Positions 34,846 through 49,600 are shown, counted from the whole stretch's first letter. The stretch: DNA of 51,059 bases, filler included, from Catajapyx aquilonaris (GCA_000934665.2; 2 parts of 2 records of this genome joined end to end with filler, not necessarily neighbours in it), one strand, 5' to 3'. The notes: generated from the sequence alone by a model not told the origin. Program-made: numbers and translations.

Positions 34846-36679
34846 TTCCACCCGGACCTAATGATATTGATCAGCGGAGCGGCCGCTTTTACTCAATGCT
34901 CGTGCATGACGACGATTGGATTATCCCGCCCAGAAGGCAGCAAAGGGAGCTCAGATACGGGCATCTAGACAGATGGATACAGTGGGTGGTGGGTGGGTGG
35001 GAGGAGGAAGAGTCCTCCTAGCACGATTCACCCGCTAACTTTCTCTACTAACCAACTCTCCGGTCCTTTACAGAAATCCGACACAACTTTTGGGTAAGAA
35101 AACAAACTACACCGGCCTACCCAGGGCATATCGGAGACGTAATTTGCCAAGGAACGCTCCTCTTTGTTGCCGACACAGCCAATCACGGTCCAAACGACTT
35201 GACTCAAAATGTAGCATGTGCCTCTTTTTCCATGTGTGGCTCGTCAATATATTGACTCTTCGTTTTCCACAACTCTACCTTCACATCGAGCCTTATTATT
35301 AACGCCCATGTTACGGAGCTCTACTGGTTGTGCCACTGGACAGCCAAGCATGAGGTCCGGAGTTCAACTCTTACGACGGGTATTAATTTAGATAGAATTG
35401 CACTGCATTCTCTTCCCAGGACCAAAAGCATTTTCGAATGTCCTTGGCAAAACTATGACCTGCAGGAGTTCCCTCCAACACTGACGTGAAGGCACAAGAA
35501 TATAATATTATATTACCAATGGTTCGCGATATACCGGCAATGTCAAGTTCTTGTAGAAGGGTTTTATTATTTTCTTTCACATAAGAGAAGTTGACAATAA
35601 ATACAATGTTTGTAGTATATTCGAGCTTATCAGGCAGGTTATGTACGCATATCTACAGGACGTCGCCTATTGGGAAGGATTGGCATAAAGCGGATTGGCT
35701 TTCTGCAATGAATAATCTGAAGACCACAATTCAATAAGGGCCCAATATATTGTGAAAATAGAAAATGTCCAGGAAGCGAAAAAAACAATTTATTGTTTCT
35801 GATCATAGTAGGCTGTTGTGCTATGACTGATAGGGTAAGGTCCCCAAATTTCGACATCCTTACGTTGTTTTCCTCTTGTTAGAAAATGGCTGATCGCAAC
35901 AATGTAAGGGAAATGAATGTTAATACATTGAACATTTACCTACTAGGTCCCGCAATGAAAATTTTTAAAAAATATGTAGGAAAAAAGCACAAACTTGAAA
36001 AAGGGAAGACATCAATTTCTTCAGTTTCAACAAAAATGTTCCTAATTTCGGCACCTGCGTTTTAATGGGAGGAAGAGTGCAATTTTTTTTGTAAATTTGT
36101 GAATGCTTTAAAATGCTGGATTAATAACAATACAATGAAAACTGGTTTATCTGCATGATGAAAATGAAATGTTTTCCCTATTTGCAAATAAATAAAATTA
36201 TGCCGTTGAATAATGACTTGATCAATACAATCATACGAAGAAGTTTTAACAGCAGGTAGTACAGATGAGCAAACGTTTTCTGTGACTTCTTTCTCGAGTT
36301 TCCGCGAAATAAATGGAACTCTCAAAATGAGCATGATAGTACGGTAGGTAGGGCCCTATCCGAAATTAGAAACATGACAACTTTCTACTGTGGCTGCCGG
36401 TTCACATCGACAAGTTGCAGCATGATGTCGATACTTTAAAACATGCAAATAAACAGTGTAAGCAACATCATAGGCTAAAATAAATTATTGAATAGCATAG
36501 CTTAATTGCTGGGAATGATGGCCAATAATAGCATGCGCTGCAGTCCACCATGCGCTTAGAAACAAACTGGTGTCAAAGGTTGCACAATGCGCGGATGTTC
36601 GCATCAGTGCTGCCAGCTCACCAATTCCGTCTTTGTGACATTTTACCACTGTCGAAATATGGACACTTTCTCCTATATA

Positions 36680-37070
36680 GTCCGGGCCCTAAGCGTTTTA
36701 ACCTTGCACTTTGTGATAACAGAAGGTGCCACTTGGCACATAATTATGTTCCCTAGGCCTATAGGGGCAATTCCAGAGTTGCAGGCCACTGATCGGTCCC
36801 TTAGGGCTTAGGTCACGAGTTATGCGGTGTTGCCAACATGGCCGGGGATGACCTGAGCGTTTTTAACGTTGCATTTTGTGATAAGAAGGTACCGCTTGGC
36901 ACATATGTTCCCTAGGTTTGTAGGAGTCGTTTGAGAGATGGCGGCACTTGATCGGATCCTTAGGTCAGGAGTTATGCGGTGTTGCCAACCTGGTCCGGGA
37001 CCTAAGCGTTTTGAACAATTTTCAACTTTGCATTTTGGGATTTTGGCAAGCATGTTTCCCCAGGCCTAGA
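36680..37070. repeat. ~2.5 degenerate tandem units of ~150-165 bp
   Basis: CCTAAGCGTTTT..TTGCA.TTTGTGATAA..CTTGGCACATA..TGTTCCCTAGG..TTAGGTCA.GAGTTATGCGGTGTTGCCAAC recurs at ~36688, 36852 and 37001. Confidence 0.7.
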
Positions 37071-37080
37071 GGCGCTCTGA

Positions 37081-37494
37081 GAGGCGCTAGGGGAGCGGCC
37101 TGTTTTGTTGATAGATGGCGCTCGGATAGTAACCAACGATGCAATGTGTCATAACCTGATAACAGCAGAGCCATCTAGCAACTAAAGTATGCCTCCTAGG
37201 AGACGCGCGGATAGTCAACAGCGGTTCTGTTGTTGCCAGGTTATGGCGTATCGCGTTGTTGTTTGCGTACAACGACGCGATACGCCATAACCTGGCAACA
37301 ACTGGGCGCCATCTATCAACAAAACAGTCCGCTCTCTTAGCGCATCTCGCCTGACGCGTCTGAGCGCACCCGTTCCTTGTCTATGAACCCCCTCTAGATG
37401 ACGTTTCCGGACACGGGTTCCTATGTCAAAAATACTTGTCTTGGTCCCCTCTATTATCCCAGAAAGTCTTGGCAGAGTTACAATAGACACCCTG
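37081..37494. mobile_element. Left-truncated copy of the CAGGGTG-type MITE at 4438-4999
   Basis: High identity to 4586-4999; ends CACCCTG followed by TA. Confidence 0.85.
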
Positions 37495-39825
37495 TATAAT
37501 GAATGAATGATTATGATGTACGAATATATGAGACATTATTCTCTTCAGAGTAATAATTACACATTATATTTAATTTAATGTTTTTGGTCTCCCATGCCAC
37601 CTGTATACATTAGAATTGTAGCGGCCATTTTTGACCACTTCCTGAGGGCATAGGTCTAAGATTTTTTGGTATAGACCCGCAAGTCTACTTTATTTTCCAC
37701 TATGTTTAGCACTGCTCCTCAGAGGGGAACGTTCTAAATGGTAAAGTAACGCATCTTCTTTAGAAGTAGCGATGAGACAAAAATCACGCTGCGCTTTTAA
37801 ATCACCGCTATTTTAAAATCGCAGGTCACTTGTAGTGTATTAAAATCGCCCATTTCAAAAGTGACAATCACGTTTGTCACTGCCATCGGGAAATCGCGCT
37901 CTGGTCCATCGCTGGTTAGAAGCCTTTTCCAGGCATTACTAGTGACATTTGAGCTATTCTTGCGTTTTATACCGATGGACATCCGCCGGAGGAAGTACGA
38001 TATGCCATAAAAGCATTTCCGTAAAAATTGACAGATGGGCCCTTATTTCATTGTGTTCATTGCATATTTGTTATATGTCTGTAATGCAGCAATGTTTACA
38101 AAAAAAAACAACTTCCCGTCGGATTACATCGGGCGTGTTATTTAATTTAGTGAATGTTATCGATATTTATATTTTAATCGAAAGTAATAGTAAATTTCAG
38201 TCACATTTCTCAGCGGATAAACTTAGTGTTGGCGAATTACCATTTTGCAAATTATTTCTACCTTCCACTGGCAAAAAGCACTCACTAACTGTTACAACTA
38301 TAGGTTTGTCATCATACCGGTATTATATTTATTCTAAAGTGACTCTGCAAAAGGCCCACAATAATTGCCCCTAAATAGTTATTGTCAAATATTTGATGTT
38401 AGTTGCAGACAGCAAAATAATGTACTGTATAACAGCATACTAAATAATTATTAAAGACAGCCCTGAGGCATAAAATATATTGTTTCTTCAATCTAAAACA
38501 ACATCTAATAAGAAAGTAAGCAGATATAAAATCTTAGTATGGGCAAAAGAGAATATATGAAGACTTAGGGAGAAAACCGATCAAGGTCCACTTCAGGTGA
38601 AACTGAGATAGCCCTAATCCCATTTTAAATTTCGAAGGCCCATAAGGCTCCATTGTAAATCCCACTTTCGGAGCGTTCCATTGTGACCTATGACCATAAC
38701 TCCACAACCACGACCAAACCATCATATTCTGTACACTAGTGAAAGTATCTTCTGAGATATATCATTCATTTTTGACAAAAAGTGGACCTTCATCGTTCTT
38801 CCCCCGAGGTCTTCATATTGTCTACCACCTTGAATTCCTGTAAATAATTATGTGAAACTGAAAAAGTGAATTTTCAGAGAGAACACTGTACACTTTATAA
38901 AGTCGTATAATGATCATTCATTCCTATGAAATTGAGCTCTTTAATACTCGCATTTTTCTGATGAAAGCATTAAATGAATTAAGTAACCAAATGTGAAAAG
39001 GCATATTGTGAGAACTGTTGCTTTTAAGTGTATTGCCAAAGAAAATTTGTCGTCAAAAATACGCTACTAGAGTGTGCATCTATACCGTTGTAAACAATTA
39101 TATCATCACGGGTAAACCATTCGTTCCAATACTATACCAGTATCGTATTATAGCATTATTTTGAACTAGTTGATTGTAAAGTTCTAAGCGCTGTCGAGCA
39201 ATGTTATTATGTTCGGTGCTAGAATGACCCTCGTTTTGTTCAATTGAATGCATATTTTAATAAAATTAGTTCATTAATTGATGATGCCATTTGCAACTAA
39301 TTAATCAATATATAGTTGCCCATATGTGATAACCGGGGCTTTGCCGCCCCCCCCCCCCAGCAAAGTTTAATTTGAATTCATATTTACTACGAGTTTATTA
39401 AATGCCAACACTCTGCACAGTAATTGTTGAGGTAACACTGCCATGTTACAATGCCTACAATTGCAATGATGATGTGAAATTACTTTCGACAACACAGTAA
39501 ATTACCGGCAAATCTCTCAATTTCTGGTCGCAAAATGGCTGATCACTAGCAACACCTAAAATAATGATACCATTACGAATAATATTGTAATTACACAAAA
39601 AGTGTCGTAAAAGACACCTTCATAATATATATATGACGCAAAGAAACCGGTGTGTCCTTATCACTTCAATATATTTTAACGGTATATAACAGACATTTAT
39701 ATGGGATGTTTTTAAAAAAAGTCAAAAGGTTTCCACTTGGTTTGCATCATTAATAAAACAAATGACAGGATTATGTTCCAGGTGCCCCTTAGAGCCCTGC
39801 AGCATATTTCGTTGGTGTATGCTAA

Positions 39826-40040
39826 GTGTGGTGTAGCCGTTAGAACCACAGGCTTCATCCACCTGTGAGTCCCGGGGTTCGATCACCGGGTCTGACCTAT
39901 CCTAGTCTCATATGGACAGAGTCTCGGTGGACTCGGTCCGCATTCGCATTGGCTTTTACTCTAAGAATTCTCCGGCCTCCCCCCGCTCGCTAAGATTTCA
40001 AAATTCTTTTGTTCGTGAGAGTCATTAAGGCCTTGGCTAA
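39826..40040 (+). mobile_element. tRNA-derived SINE (3' end approximate)
   Basis: A-box-like TGGTGTAGCCGT (39829), hairpin CACAGG-N9-CCTGTG, B-box-like GGTTCGATCAC (39876). No complete acceptor stem. Confidence 0.55.
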
Positions 40041-40144
40041 CAATCGCGGGCGCATGCGCATATCATTTTCTTTTCGATGTCATGGATGTTCAAACAAGAG
40101 AGATCGGCGCAGAAATACAATATAATCAATCTCAGACCTTAGGG

Positions 40145-40400
40145 GAGGCGAAGTGGCGCTGCAGTAACGTATGCGCCCGCGGATGTTAAGGTCCCGGGTT
40201 CAATCCCAACCCGGGGTTCCCCCCTTCATCTCGCGCAGAGTAAGACCGTCTCTGGCTTCGTTTCGGGTGGCGATCCTTCCACATATGCCACCCGGGGGAG
40301 TTCACAAAACGGCACATCAACGTCTGTGCACATGCACTTTGCACATCCCCTCACAGTTTCCCTGCCCGTGGATCCGGGCGTATTCAAAAATAGACAACAG
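40145..40400 (+). mobile_element. Second tRNA-derived SINE (3' end approximate)
   Basis: A-box-like TGGCGCTGCAGT (40154); AGGTCCCGGGTTCAATCCC T-arm/B box (40189-40207). Confidence 0.55.
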
Positions 40401-42402
40401 CCCTTTCCATCCAATGGTGGTAATCCACCCCCCTATAGACGAAACAGGTCATCACGGGGTACTTCAAAAAAACAAAAAAAACAAAAAAAATTTCAGACCT
40501 TAAATGCATAACGATCAGAGAAATGTTGGAATGATTTTGCAATATGAAAGTTGAAGTTTGCTCTATCCCTTATATGGGCTCCATTATATTGTATTTGATC
40601 ATTTCTGTAGGAAGCGTAACGCCCTCAGAAAACCATAAGAAAGCAAAGGTGTCAAGGATTCCTAACTCTGTTTCGCCCAAAATATGACTACATTATATAT
40701 CATGTCTTCAATTCATATCCCACGGTATCCCCCTGAACATATTTTGAACATACGTAAATGTGAAGGAGTGCAGGCTATTTGTAATCCTGTTGAGAAACCT
40801 GAGTATAGACTACCTCTATTCACATCGCATTGGACGTATCCCGAGTTCACCCGACTTATCAGGGATAATCCAACTCTAATCCGGATTCCATCTTGGTTCT
40901 GGTGCACCATCTTGTTAGCCGGTACGCTCCGATGGCCTTTAATTAAGTATTCAAAGTCTGTCGCGTGCTAATAGATGGTGGTAGCATCCCCCAGCCGAGA
41001 TTAATAAGAATTACTGCGACCAGATGGTGCTCCCTGAGTTATGACTGGTGCTGTGTGGGCGCGTTCGGGACTTGAGTGCGGAGAGAACAAAATGGCGATT
41101 AGTCAGTTGTCAGCCAGGGCTAAAGGCTACAGACAACCCCTCCTGGGACATAGTTCAGATGAGGACAAGCCACTCGTACTTCTCCTCCTCCTGCTCCAAG
41201 AGGCAGCAGCCTTGACTTCCTTTTCCCCGGTCGCCCTTAAGGGAATTTAATTAAACAACCATTTGTTACCGCCTTGAGACTGTTTAAACTAATTAGTGGA
41301 AGAATTATTTTGGGAGCCGGTCCCCCTTCCAAGGCGCTAATTGGCCTTCCTTCCGCCTCTCTACCAGTGTTTTCACCTATCGAGCTCCCTCCTATTCTTT
41401 TTTGTCTCTGTAACAGGGCCTCGTCTCTTGCGCGGAAAAATATTATCGCTCGGCTCACGCCTGAACCGCATATTAATCGAAACGTTGCCAGCGATTGGCC
41501 AAAAAAGCTCGATCCCTAACCATTTGTTATCTTGCTTGCATGCTGCGTTATGTTTCAACATTTAGGCTACAGTCAAGCTTGCAAATTGTTCTACAAGGCC
41601 CGCAGTATGGGCTCCTTACAAATATTTATTTCATTATATCTTAGCAAAAATTCCAGAATATTTTTATCATTTACCTCTTTATTCATTGCACGTCATTATT
41701 TCATACCGCTTTATTGAACACAGAAATATACGAAAGGGAAGTATATTACAGTAGGCTATAATACATTACGTATTATAGTACCTCTAGGTACAGTGCATTG
41801 GTATATAGCCATATACAGTAGTTCGTGCACATATTGGCTACCTTGTAACAGGCTGCTGACATATTAATTTGATCTGGTGAATATTGTGTAGGATATTACA
41901 TGTTTGTAACCAATTTGATTATGACAGGGATTTAGATTACATTTTCTGAGTCCTTTAATTTGCGCTTCCTGATGCATCAAAGAGTGCACGCAAGCATTGC
42001 TCTTAGCATTGGAATCAGATATTTATATTCCCGACAAAAATTAAGGTTCGCGATTGTATTCCGGTGCTTTTGTTCACAAGATATTCACCAGGGGACAACT
42101 ATATGTAGAGTCAGAATAGTACACACTATTTCCACCAGTAGGCCTAGGCCAAGCCTACGCTGTATGACAAACTATGGCTAAAGCTAACAATATGATTATA
42201 TCCATTTAAGCTTCATATGATAAACTTTGCGCCTTGGTTTAAATAACTATTTCACTCCTGTGATTCTGTGAACTAGCGTATAGTACAGTATGTTGCAGCT
42301 ATTTACGGAAAATAATATTGCGAAGACAAATCATATATTGCCATTAAGCGTGACCAGAAACTTGTAAGGGCGTATTATGTACACGTGGTCTGTTTATTAT
42401 CG

Positions 42403-43151
42403 TGGGCTGTTTCATAAGTAATGGCGAGTATTTTTTTATTCAAAAACGGTAACACATACAGAGATTCCCTTTGCTGAGTTTTGAAGATCCGACTATTGCA
42501 ATTTGATCTGTCATATAGATGTCGTCCATATCGCAAGGGGGGCAGGGAAACAAAAGGGGATCGTGATCCTCCACCGCGCAATCGCCATAAGCCTGACGCT
42601 CTTGGAGCTGTTGAACTTTGAATTCAGGACACTCGGTGATGTACGTACAACACGGGAGTTTGATTTCGCATGTGGGACAAGTGAGAGAGAGCATTTTGCT
42701 TAGGACTCTGAAAGACTGAAAGGTCTCGGGAAGTTGGAGACCTCATTGGCTCTCTCGCCATCTCTGATGCGCAAAGGTGACACCACGTTGCTCTTGCCGA
42801 AACGCATTGGAACTCTGCCTCAGCGAGGGCGATGGTTTTCTTGAACGGAATGTGGCGATGGATGGCACATAGTGCTCTGACTTGTCCCACACTCGAAATC
42901 AAGGTCCCGTGTTGTCCATCGCCGAGTGTCCTGCTGTCAGCGTCCAATAGCTCCAAGCTCGTCTTAGGGCGATTAGCGAAGTGGGAGGGTCACGATCCCC
43001 TTTTATTTCCCCGCCCCCCTTCCAATATGGGCGACATCTACTATATACCAGATCAAATCGCCTGACCTTCAAAACTTAGTAAAGGTCATCTCTGTATGTG
43101 TTACCGTTTTCGAATCAAAAAATACGCGCCATGACTTATGAAACAACCCAG
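42403..43151. mobile_element. MITE with ~290-bp degenerate inverted arms (Tc1/mariner-like)
   Basis: GGGCTGTTTCATAAGT..AAAACGGTAACACATACAGAGAT..AAAAGGGGATCGTGA..GTGGGACAAGT is mirrored at 42859-43150; TA follows the right end. Confidence 0.75.
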
Positions 43152-45100
43152 TAATTATGCTAGTTCCATTGTTCTTGGAGTATTATGCAGCGTGTAACTA
43201 GCTACGGAGAGGCATGCAAAATAATAATTAGGCACATTCACGCACATGCAAGAACATAGGCGAACTGGTTGTTTCCGAAACATCGTGACAAAAATAAAGC
43301 ACGAAGTTGGGGTATTGTACATAATGCTGCATCATTAGAGCTACAAGTTCTAATTAGCATTATTATTTTTGTGTGCAAATTGTGCGAAACGGGAATTTGA
43401 GCCTATACATTTTTTGCAGTGGCGTGGCGGCGCTAATACTGAGCATTGTGCAATAAGAATAGTACGAATGGAGTTTGTCATAAATGTTACTGTATTTCCC
43501 GTTTAGTTTCTAACATGACTGTGCCGTAAAATGGGGGGACTTTGGACACATGGAGTGAAATCGGACGTTCTCACTTTTCTTTGCTTGTAACAGTGTGGAG
43601 GCTTATTGGGAGGCCAAAAAAGCTGTTTGTCAAGGGCGTTGGACAGATTGGGTTCGAGAGCTGCAGAACACAACATGAGCACGCCAGATGCACATTGAGA
43701 GGACTTCTTAGACACCTTGTTCCCTGACTCAAAAATGACGTAGGCCTACATTAGGATATGTGTTAAAGTAACTAGCACCGACACTCCCCTGCTGCACGGA
43801 GGTAAACCGGAACACAGCCGATTTGTAATGACATGAGTCCTCTCCTTTGTCCCAGAGTATACTGGTTGGAACAAAAATATTTCAGGGTTGTAAATGCGAT
43901 AAGTTTGGTGTCTTTCTGTAATTTTGTGGGGTGAATTCGGACGTGCGGAGGAAGCACATTCATTAGGGTTGTAGATGGAAGGTTTTACCAACACTACAGG
44001 ACCGAGGACCTTGAATGGGCTGTGCCCGGGTGTGCCCGATTAGAAATTCAAAGCTCTTTACATAAGGGGAGCAGAAAAGTACCTGGTCCCATGCATCACC
44101 ATTTCGAACAAGGTCTGAAACAAACATGCAAAGAAATATGGAGGGCAACCAGCATGAACTTTTTAAGAAGGAAAACCAATGCAGTGAAGGGCTACTCCGC
44201 TGTGCTGAGTGGGCATCAAGTTACAGTTCACGGTCAAAATTCAAGCGCAAAAAAAGGATGTTGGTTAAAGGAACATATTTTGTTGTCCAGATGTTGATGA
44301 CGAATGTCTTAGGGTGGAATCCGAGGTTGTTCGTAAATAACACAGGCCTGCGAAATAATACTTTATTTTTTCTGCACAGTTTTATGAGTTTCTAATGTAT
44401 TTCGATACGTTGAGTTCAGAAATGGCGAGCTTTTCCCTCTATCACGTCAGGTTTTTCCACAAAGTGAGGATAAAGATTCTGGAAAATCACACACAAGAGT
44501 ATAGCAGAGTAAAAAAAAGTCTTTGGTTCAGGCCTAGGTAGGGGATGAGTAGGTTTTGAGAAACAAATAGGTTACAAAGCCACGGCCATCTCCTTCAAGA
44601 TGATATAGATGGCATGAGTAGGTACTTACAGGTAATCGTGGAGAAAAATGTTTTCTATGCACCCACCCTACTGCGTGGTTCAGGTGTTGCCACATTAGAG
44701 GTTATAAATTACATTTTAACATTTTAACATTTTTCTACTTTCTATGTTTCAATTCATCGTCGTTGACCTGAAATATCTAATTTTCTAAGCTAAATATTGG
44801 TTTGACACATTTTTATAGCAGAGCGCCCAGTATGTAGGCAACCAGACAGAAATTCACGATTTGTGTCGAAACTGTACAGAAGTTTTTGCGTATTTTTCCC
44901 GAAATCATCATTTAAAAATACATAAGAAACACCTCTCACTTTCAAGAGAAAATTTAATCGCAGGCCTGGGTAATTTATTATTGGCGAAGCGTAATATCCT
45001 CTTTGCGAGAGACCGTCGTCGCAGAGGGAGTTATCGTAATTTTTGTGACATCAATGATGCTTATGTGTAGTCTAATGAACATACCAGTACAGGTATTTGT

Positions 45101-46020
45101 CCTACACCAGTGTAGTTCGTCCACCCCCAAAAATGGAGTGGTTGGGTAATAAACAAAAGGTGATAAAAATCACCGTTAAGATTATCTGGGCTTTAGAACA
45201 CATAATTATGAAGCATAACAATGTAGTTAGGAGGACACCAGTTGAAATTGATTTGACAGTTAACAATTTATTGACATAAATATGATTACACTTGGACAGT
45301 GAATTTCCGTGGGGTCTGGTAAAAATTGCTCCCACTAGATTTATTTTACTTAGCAGGACATTAATTTTAATAATGAACCTGAGAGGCGACACAAACCTGG
45401 AGACTGCATTAAAATGAATTACAAAAAATCAACCACGGAATTTTAAAATGTTTATCACGGCTTGCAGATGTCGAATTTTCTGTGCATTTTTGAATGCAGA
45501 GATTTTAAAAGCCATTTCACATTAATTAAATTGAATTTTTTATCGTAGCACATTGGACCGAGGTCTAAATAGACCATGACGTCACATTTTTATTTCTTTA
45601 TAAATAACACCGTTAAATGTTGTACACCAAAGTGTAGCAATTTCAGAAAAAGTCCGCGAGCCATAAACATTTTAAAATTCCGTGGTAGATTTTTTGTAAT
45701 TAATTGTAATATTGTCTTCGGGTTTTTGTGGCCCCTCAGGTTGTTTATTAAAATCAATGTCCTGCTAAGTAACATATAAACATCGTTGGAGCAATTTTTA
45801 CCAGACCCCAGGGAAATTCAATGCCCAAGTGTAATCATATTTATGTCAGTTGTTAACTTACTGTCAAATCAATTTCAACTTTGGTGTCCGCCTAACTACA
45901 TTGTTACGCCTCATAATTATCTATTCTAAAGTCCAGATAACCTTAACGGTGATTTTTATCACATTTGTTTATTACCCCACCACTCCATTTTTGGAGGTGG
46001 GCGAACTACATTGGTGTTGG
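45101..46020. mobile_element. Non-autonomous DNA transposon with ~360-bp inverted arms
   Basis: 45101-45460 is an imperfect reverse complement of 45655-46020. Confidence 0.78.
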
Positions 46021-46205
46021 GCAAGTATTCATATCTGCTGTATAAAATACTGATGCCCGTTGTGGGGTACAGAAGGTACCGGTACGGCGATATCGTATCG
46101 ACATCATTTATTCGAAGGTGCCCTTTGTGAGTGTTTATTTAAACCTGTAATACTCGTGCACATGTATACGAGGCTGCACCATTAATGTGCAGACTCGTCC
46201 TTTAA

Positions 46206-46616
46206 AGAGACACTCCACTCAAAAAACAAGTTTGGCTCTAAAAATCGGGCAAAAAATCCTGAATCTGACTGTGCAATTCGTTTTTCGCTACGCGGAACGG
46301 TAATCCCATGGCGAGGTGTCTAAAGTGTGTCGTCTGCTAATGAGCGCCGCCGCCACGCGGGGAACAGGGGAACTGGAGGGATGCACCGCTCTGGGATGGG
46401 CCTAAGCGCGCGAGCAGGCGGGAGCAGCCCTCCAGTTCCCAAGGTCCCGAGGGCGTCGCTGGCGGACGGCCAGGACTATATTTTAATTTCCCCACTTTGA
46501 CCCCTCGCCCTGGGATTACCGTTCTGCGTAGCGAAAAACGGATTGCACCTTCGGATTCAGGATTTCCCCCCCGATTTTTAGATCCAAACTTGTTTTTTTT
46601 TTAGTGGAGTGTCCCT
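46206..46616. mobile_element. Kolobok-like MITE
   Basis: TTAA|AGAGACACTCCACT ... AGTGGAGTGTCCCT|TGAA with ~120-bp inverted arms. AG..CT termini and a (degenerate) TTAA target match Kolobok. Confidence 0.72.
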
Positions 46617-49600
46617 TGAAAGTGAAATAAACGGGCGTCCGAAGATACCCCATTTTACGCTACGAGCTTGTTAAGATATAGAATTTACTTCATTATTACT
46701 ATGGTAAGTATTTTAAATTTAATATGATATAAAGATTTGGCACTGCAATAAAATGCCTCATGTTTCGAAAGTCTGCTGAGATCAGTATACTGTATAAGTT
46801 ATAAATGAAACAGATTTCCGAGAATTTGCTTTCGTCTGAGATTTTATTCGCTTTAGTTTAGGTCTGAAAAGTAAGGCATGTCTTGGGTTTAAAAATGTGT
46901 AAAGAATTTCCCTCCAAAAACCACATAGCAGAAAAATGAAAAATTTCACATTTTTAGCTATGACTTCACTAGCTCACCAAGTTCATTAAACAATAATTAT
47001 TTTTAGAGCGCGGTACTAAATCTGTATGACTGAAGGTTCAGTTATATTCCCTGTACACTATAGAAAGCCAGATGCTCTGGAGACACGGTCATGATGACGG
47101 CTCTCTTCACTGTGAAAGAGTCAAGCCTGCACGTCATCGCTACCATGTCTCAAGCGCGTCTGGCTCTCTAGTGTAAACGCACCTATTATGTAGGTACTAT
47201 ATCGCTCAAAAACATAGAGACGATTTTGAGCGATATAGTACCTATACAATGTAGTAATTGGTATATGTGTAGAACTCTCGCCACGAGGCGCCGACAAGCG
47301 AGGTCTTTCATGTCTTGGTCGATCCAACAATTGGCTACTGTACATTAGAATTTTCAAAATTATCAAGTGTTTTACAGAATCCACACTTTGAACTAGTGAC
47401 TTTAGGTTTGGCACATGCAAAAAAAAAATTGGCAGGCAAATAAGCCTATAGAGTGACCAAGGGGTGAAGGAGATTCTTCGGCATTGGATTACAATATCTG
47501 ACGCGGAGTTTGCGACTATATAGTAATATTTATATAATGATATGGGATATCCCACGGCGATATTGATTTTTCGGAAATATTCTTTAAAGATGATTAAAGG
47601 CAAAAAGGTACCGGTATACTGTACGTACTTTAGGAATCCGGTAAGGTAACTCATTTTTCTGTAAAGAATATAGTCAGAAACTAACAGACTATGTACAGTA
47701 CTAACCTATATAATACGTGCAATCTTGGAGTGTAATACAGGTAAAATGTATTAAATTTCGTGAAGGCAGGCTTAAAAAATACGCGACTGCTACTGCAATG
47801 CGTAAATGATAAGAGCCTTGCACGTAACAAATTAAAACACGTGCATATAAATAGGCATAAATATGAAGCATCCTTGCTCGATGAAATCCATTCCCATGCC
47901 CGTATACCCTCATAATTAATTGCCCACAGCTAACCTTCTTGCACACTTCGGATGCCTCTTCTTTACCCCAATCCCCCTCCCCTACCATCCTTAATGACCC
48001 GGAGTAGAACTAACGAGGTGACAAATGCTAAGACACGTGACACGTGTACTACACTCATAATTAATCTCAGACTCCCACCCAACTACGCTTTTAGAGGGTA
48101 AGGTCTCTGCTAAAATGCACGCCGATGGTGGTTGGCAGCCTAAGCTCAAAGGTTAGAGTCATTCGGGGAGAGGAGGGGATGGAGTGTTAGGGTTGGGGTG
48201 AGGGAAAGGAGGCAGGTCCTATATAGTATATATAAAAAGAGAGAGTAGAGGAGAAATATATCTGGGGGAGCGGCCGTTAATTACATGCTGCGGGCGTGCA
48301 TTTCCAGTAGCCCTGGATATGAATGGGTGTGGCCTGGATAACGGAAGCAGAGCTTTGTCAGCAGGCATAATTCTACATTAGCGCCACAAAAGGGCCTGGA
48401 GAGAAGGAAAGGGTGCTGGAGAGCGGGGGGAGGGATAGGTACCAACTTGTGTATTACCTACCCACCCATAGAACACCAGAACAAACCCTGTGGCATCCCA
48501 CTGCCCACACTTTTTATTGCTTTTTTCGGTCGGCCATCTTGGTTCCGCCTCTGCCTCATAAATCTGCTGCCCTGTTTTTTCCTTTTTTTTTTACCTCGCT
48601 TTCGGGCTTCCGAAAACATCTCACCCGATAGTATGTTGGAGCCAGCTAATTTTACCTTCACGGAGTTGTTTTATACAGCAAATTGGACGCTCTGGGATAC
48701 TTGTGGCAATATCCGGTCCCCTGTGCTATTTCGAAGCTTGTGTCGCGTTACAGGAGCGGGGCACGTGCACACCGTACCGTTAAGGGCCCTTTTATTTAGC
48801 GCAATGGCACTCATAGCGTATAACCGTACACCTGCGGTAATGGAACACAAGGGGAGAGGGGGGGGGGGGCTNAATGTTGGACACTGGAATGCCACGAAGG
48901 TTTACATTTGCAATGGGGTGTCGGCAGGCAGGATTTGGATGGTTGTAACGTACAAAATCTCAATTTCGGGCGGTATTAGGTGTCAAAAGGGACTGGTGCA
49001 ATTAATGTAACTTGTAACACTAAATTTTGATGCTTTCATTTTCATCAGCATCATTATTATTATTTTTTCTTTACCCCATTAGAGGGAACAGAGCCCCTTT
49101 AGGGGGGTGGGTTACCACCATTTTTTCTTACGAAATTTTCTTCGCATTTCTTCTCTCCGGTGCAGGATAGGGATTTTTGAGGGGGGGATGCGGGTGCAAG
49201 TGCGATGTCCGAAATTTGGGGGTCGTGTTCAGTCCCCCAGGGGGCCAAGATACAAGACACCCCCTCCCCTAGGTGCGGGGCAGAAACTCCACACCGACAT
49301 CGCACCTCCTCATGAACAGGACAAGGATAGGAAAGGAAGGAAGCTGCTGTGGCCTATTTTACGGTACAATCCCGGAATTTTTCCTGGGCCGACCTTGGAA
49401 AACCACAGAAAACCAAGGTCAGGACCGCCGGCCTCCGGGACTCTAATAACCCAGGACCTCCCGATTAGCAGTCGGATACTGTATTGTTGGCCAGTTGGCA
49501 TGACTATCAGGTTGTCAACTGGCAGGTATTGTTGTCATTCAGTAAACACTTAGAGTTCACAAAGTCAGTGTTACTCAGAGGGTCTGTTCGAGGGCCGCTC

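Noticed and set aside
34128..34851. Poly-Pro, poly-Leu, poly-Ser and poly-Gly ORFs, apparently duplicated
   Set aside because: Translations of a (GGA)n microsatellite inside a probable allelic assembly duplication.
39826..40210. tRNA genes
   Set aside because: A and B boxes are present but no complete cloverleaf or poly-T terminator; better explained as SINE heads. A weaker head at ~35312-35385 was left uncalled.
47121..47654. 177-aa minus-strand ORF
   Set aside because: AT-rich with non-protein-like composition and no domain; probably chance.
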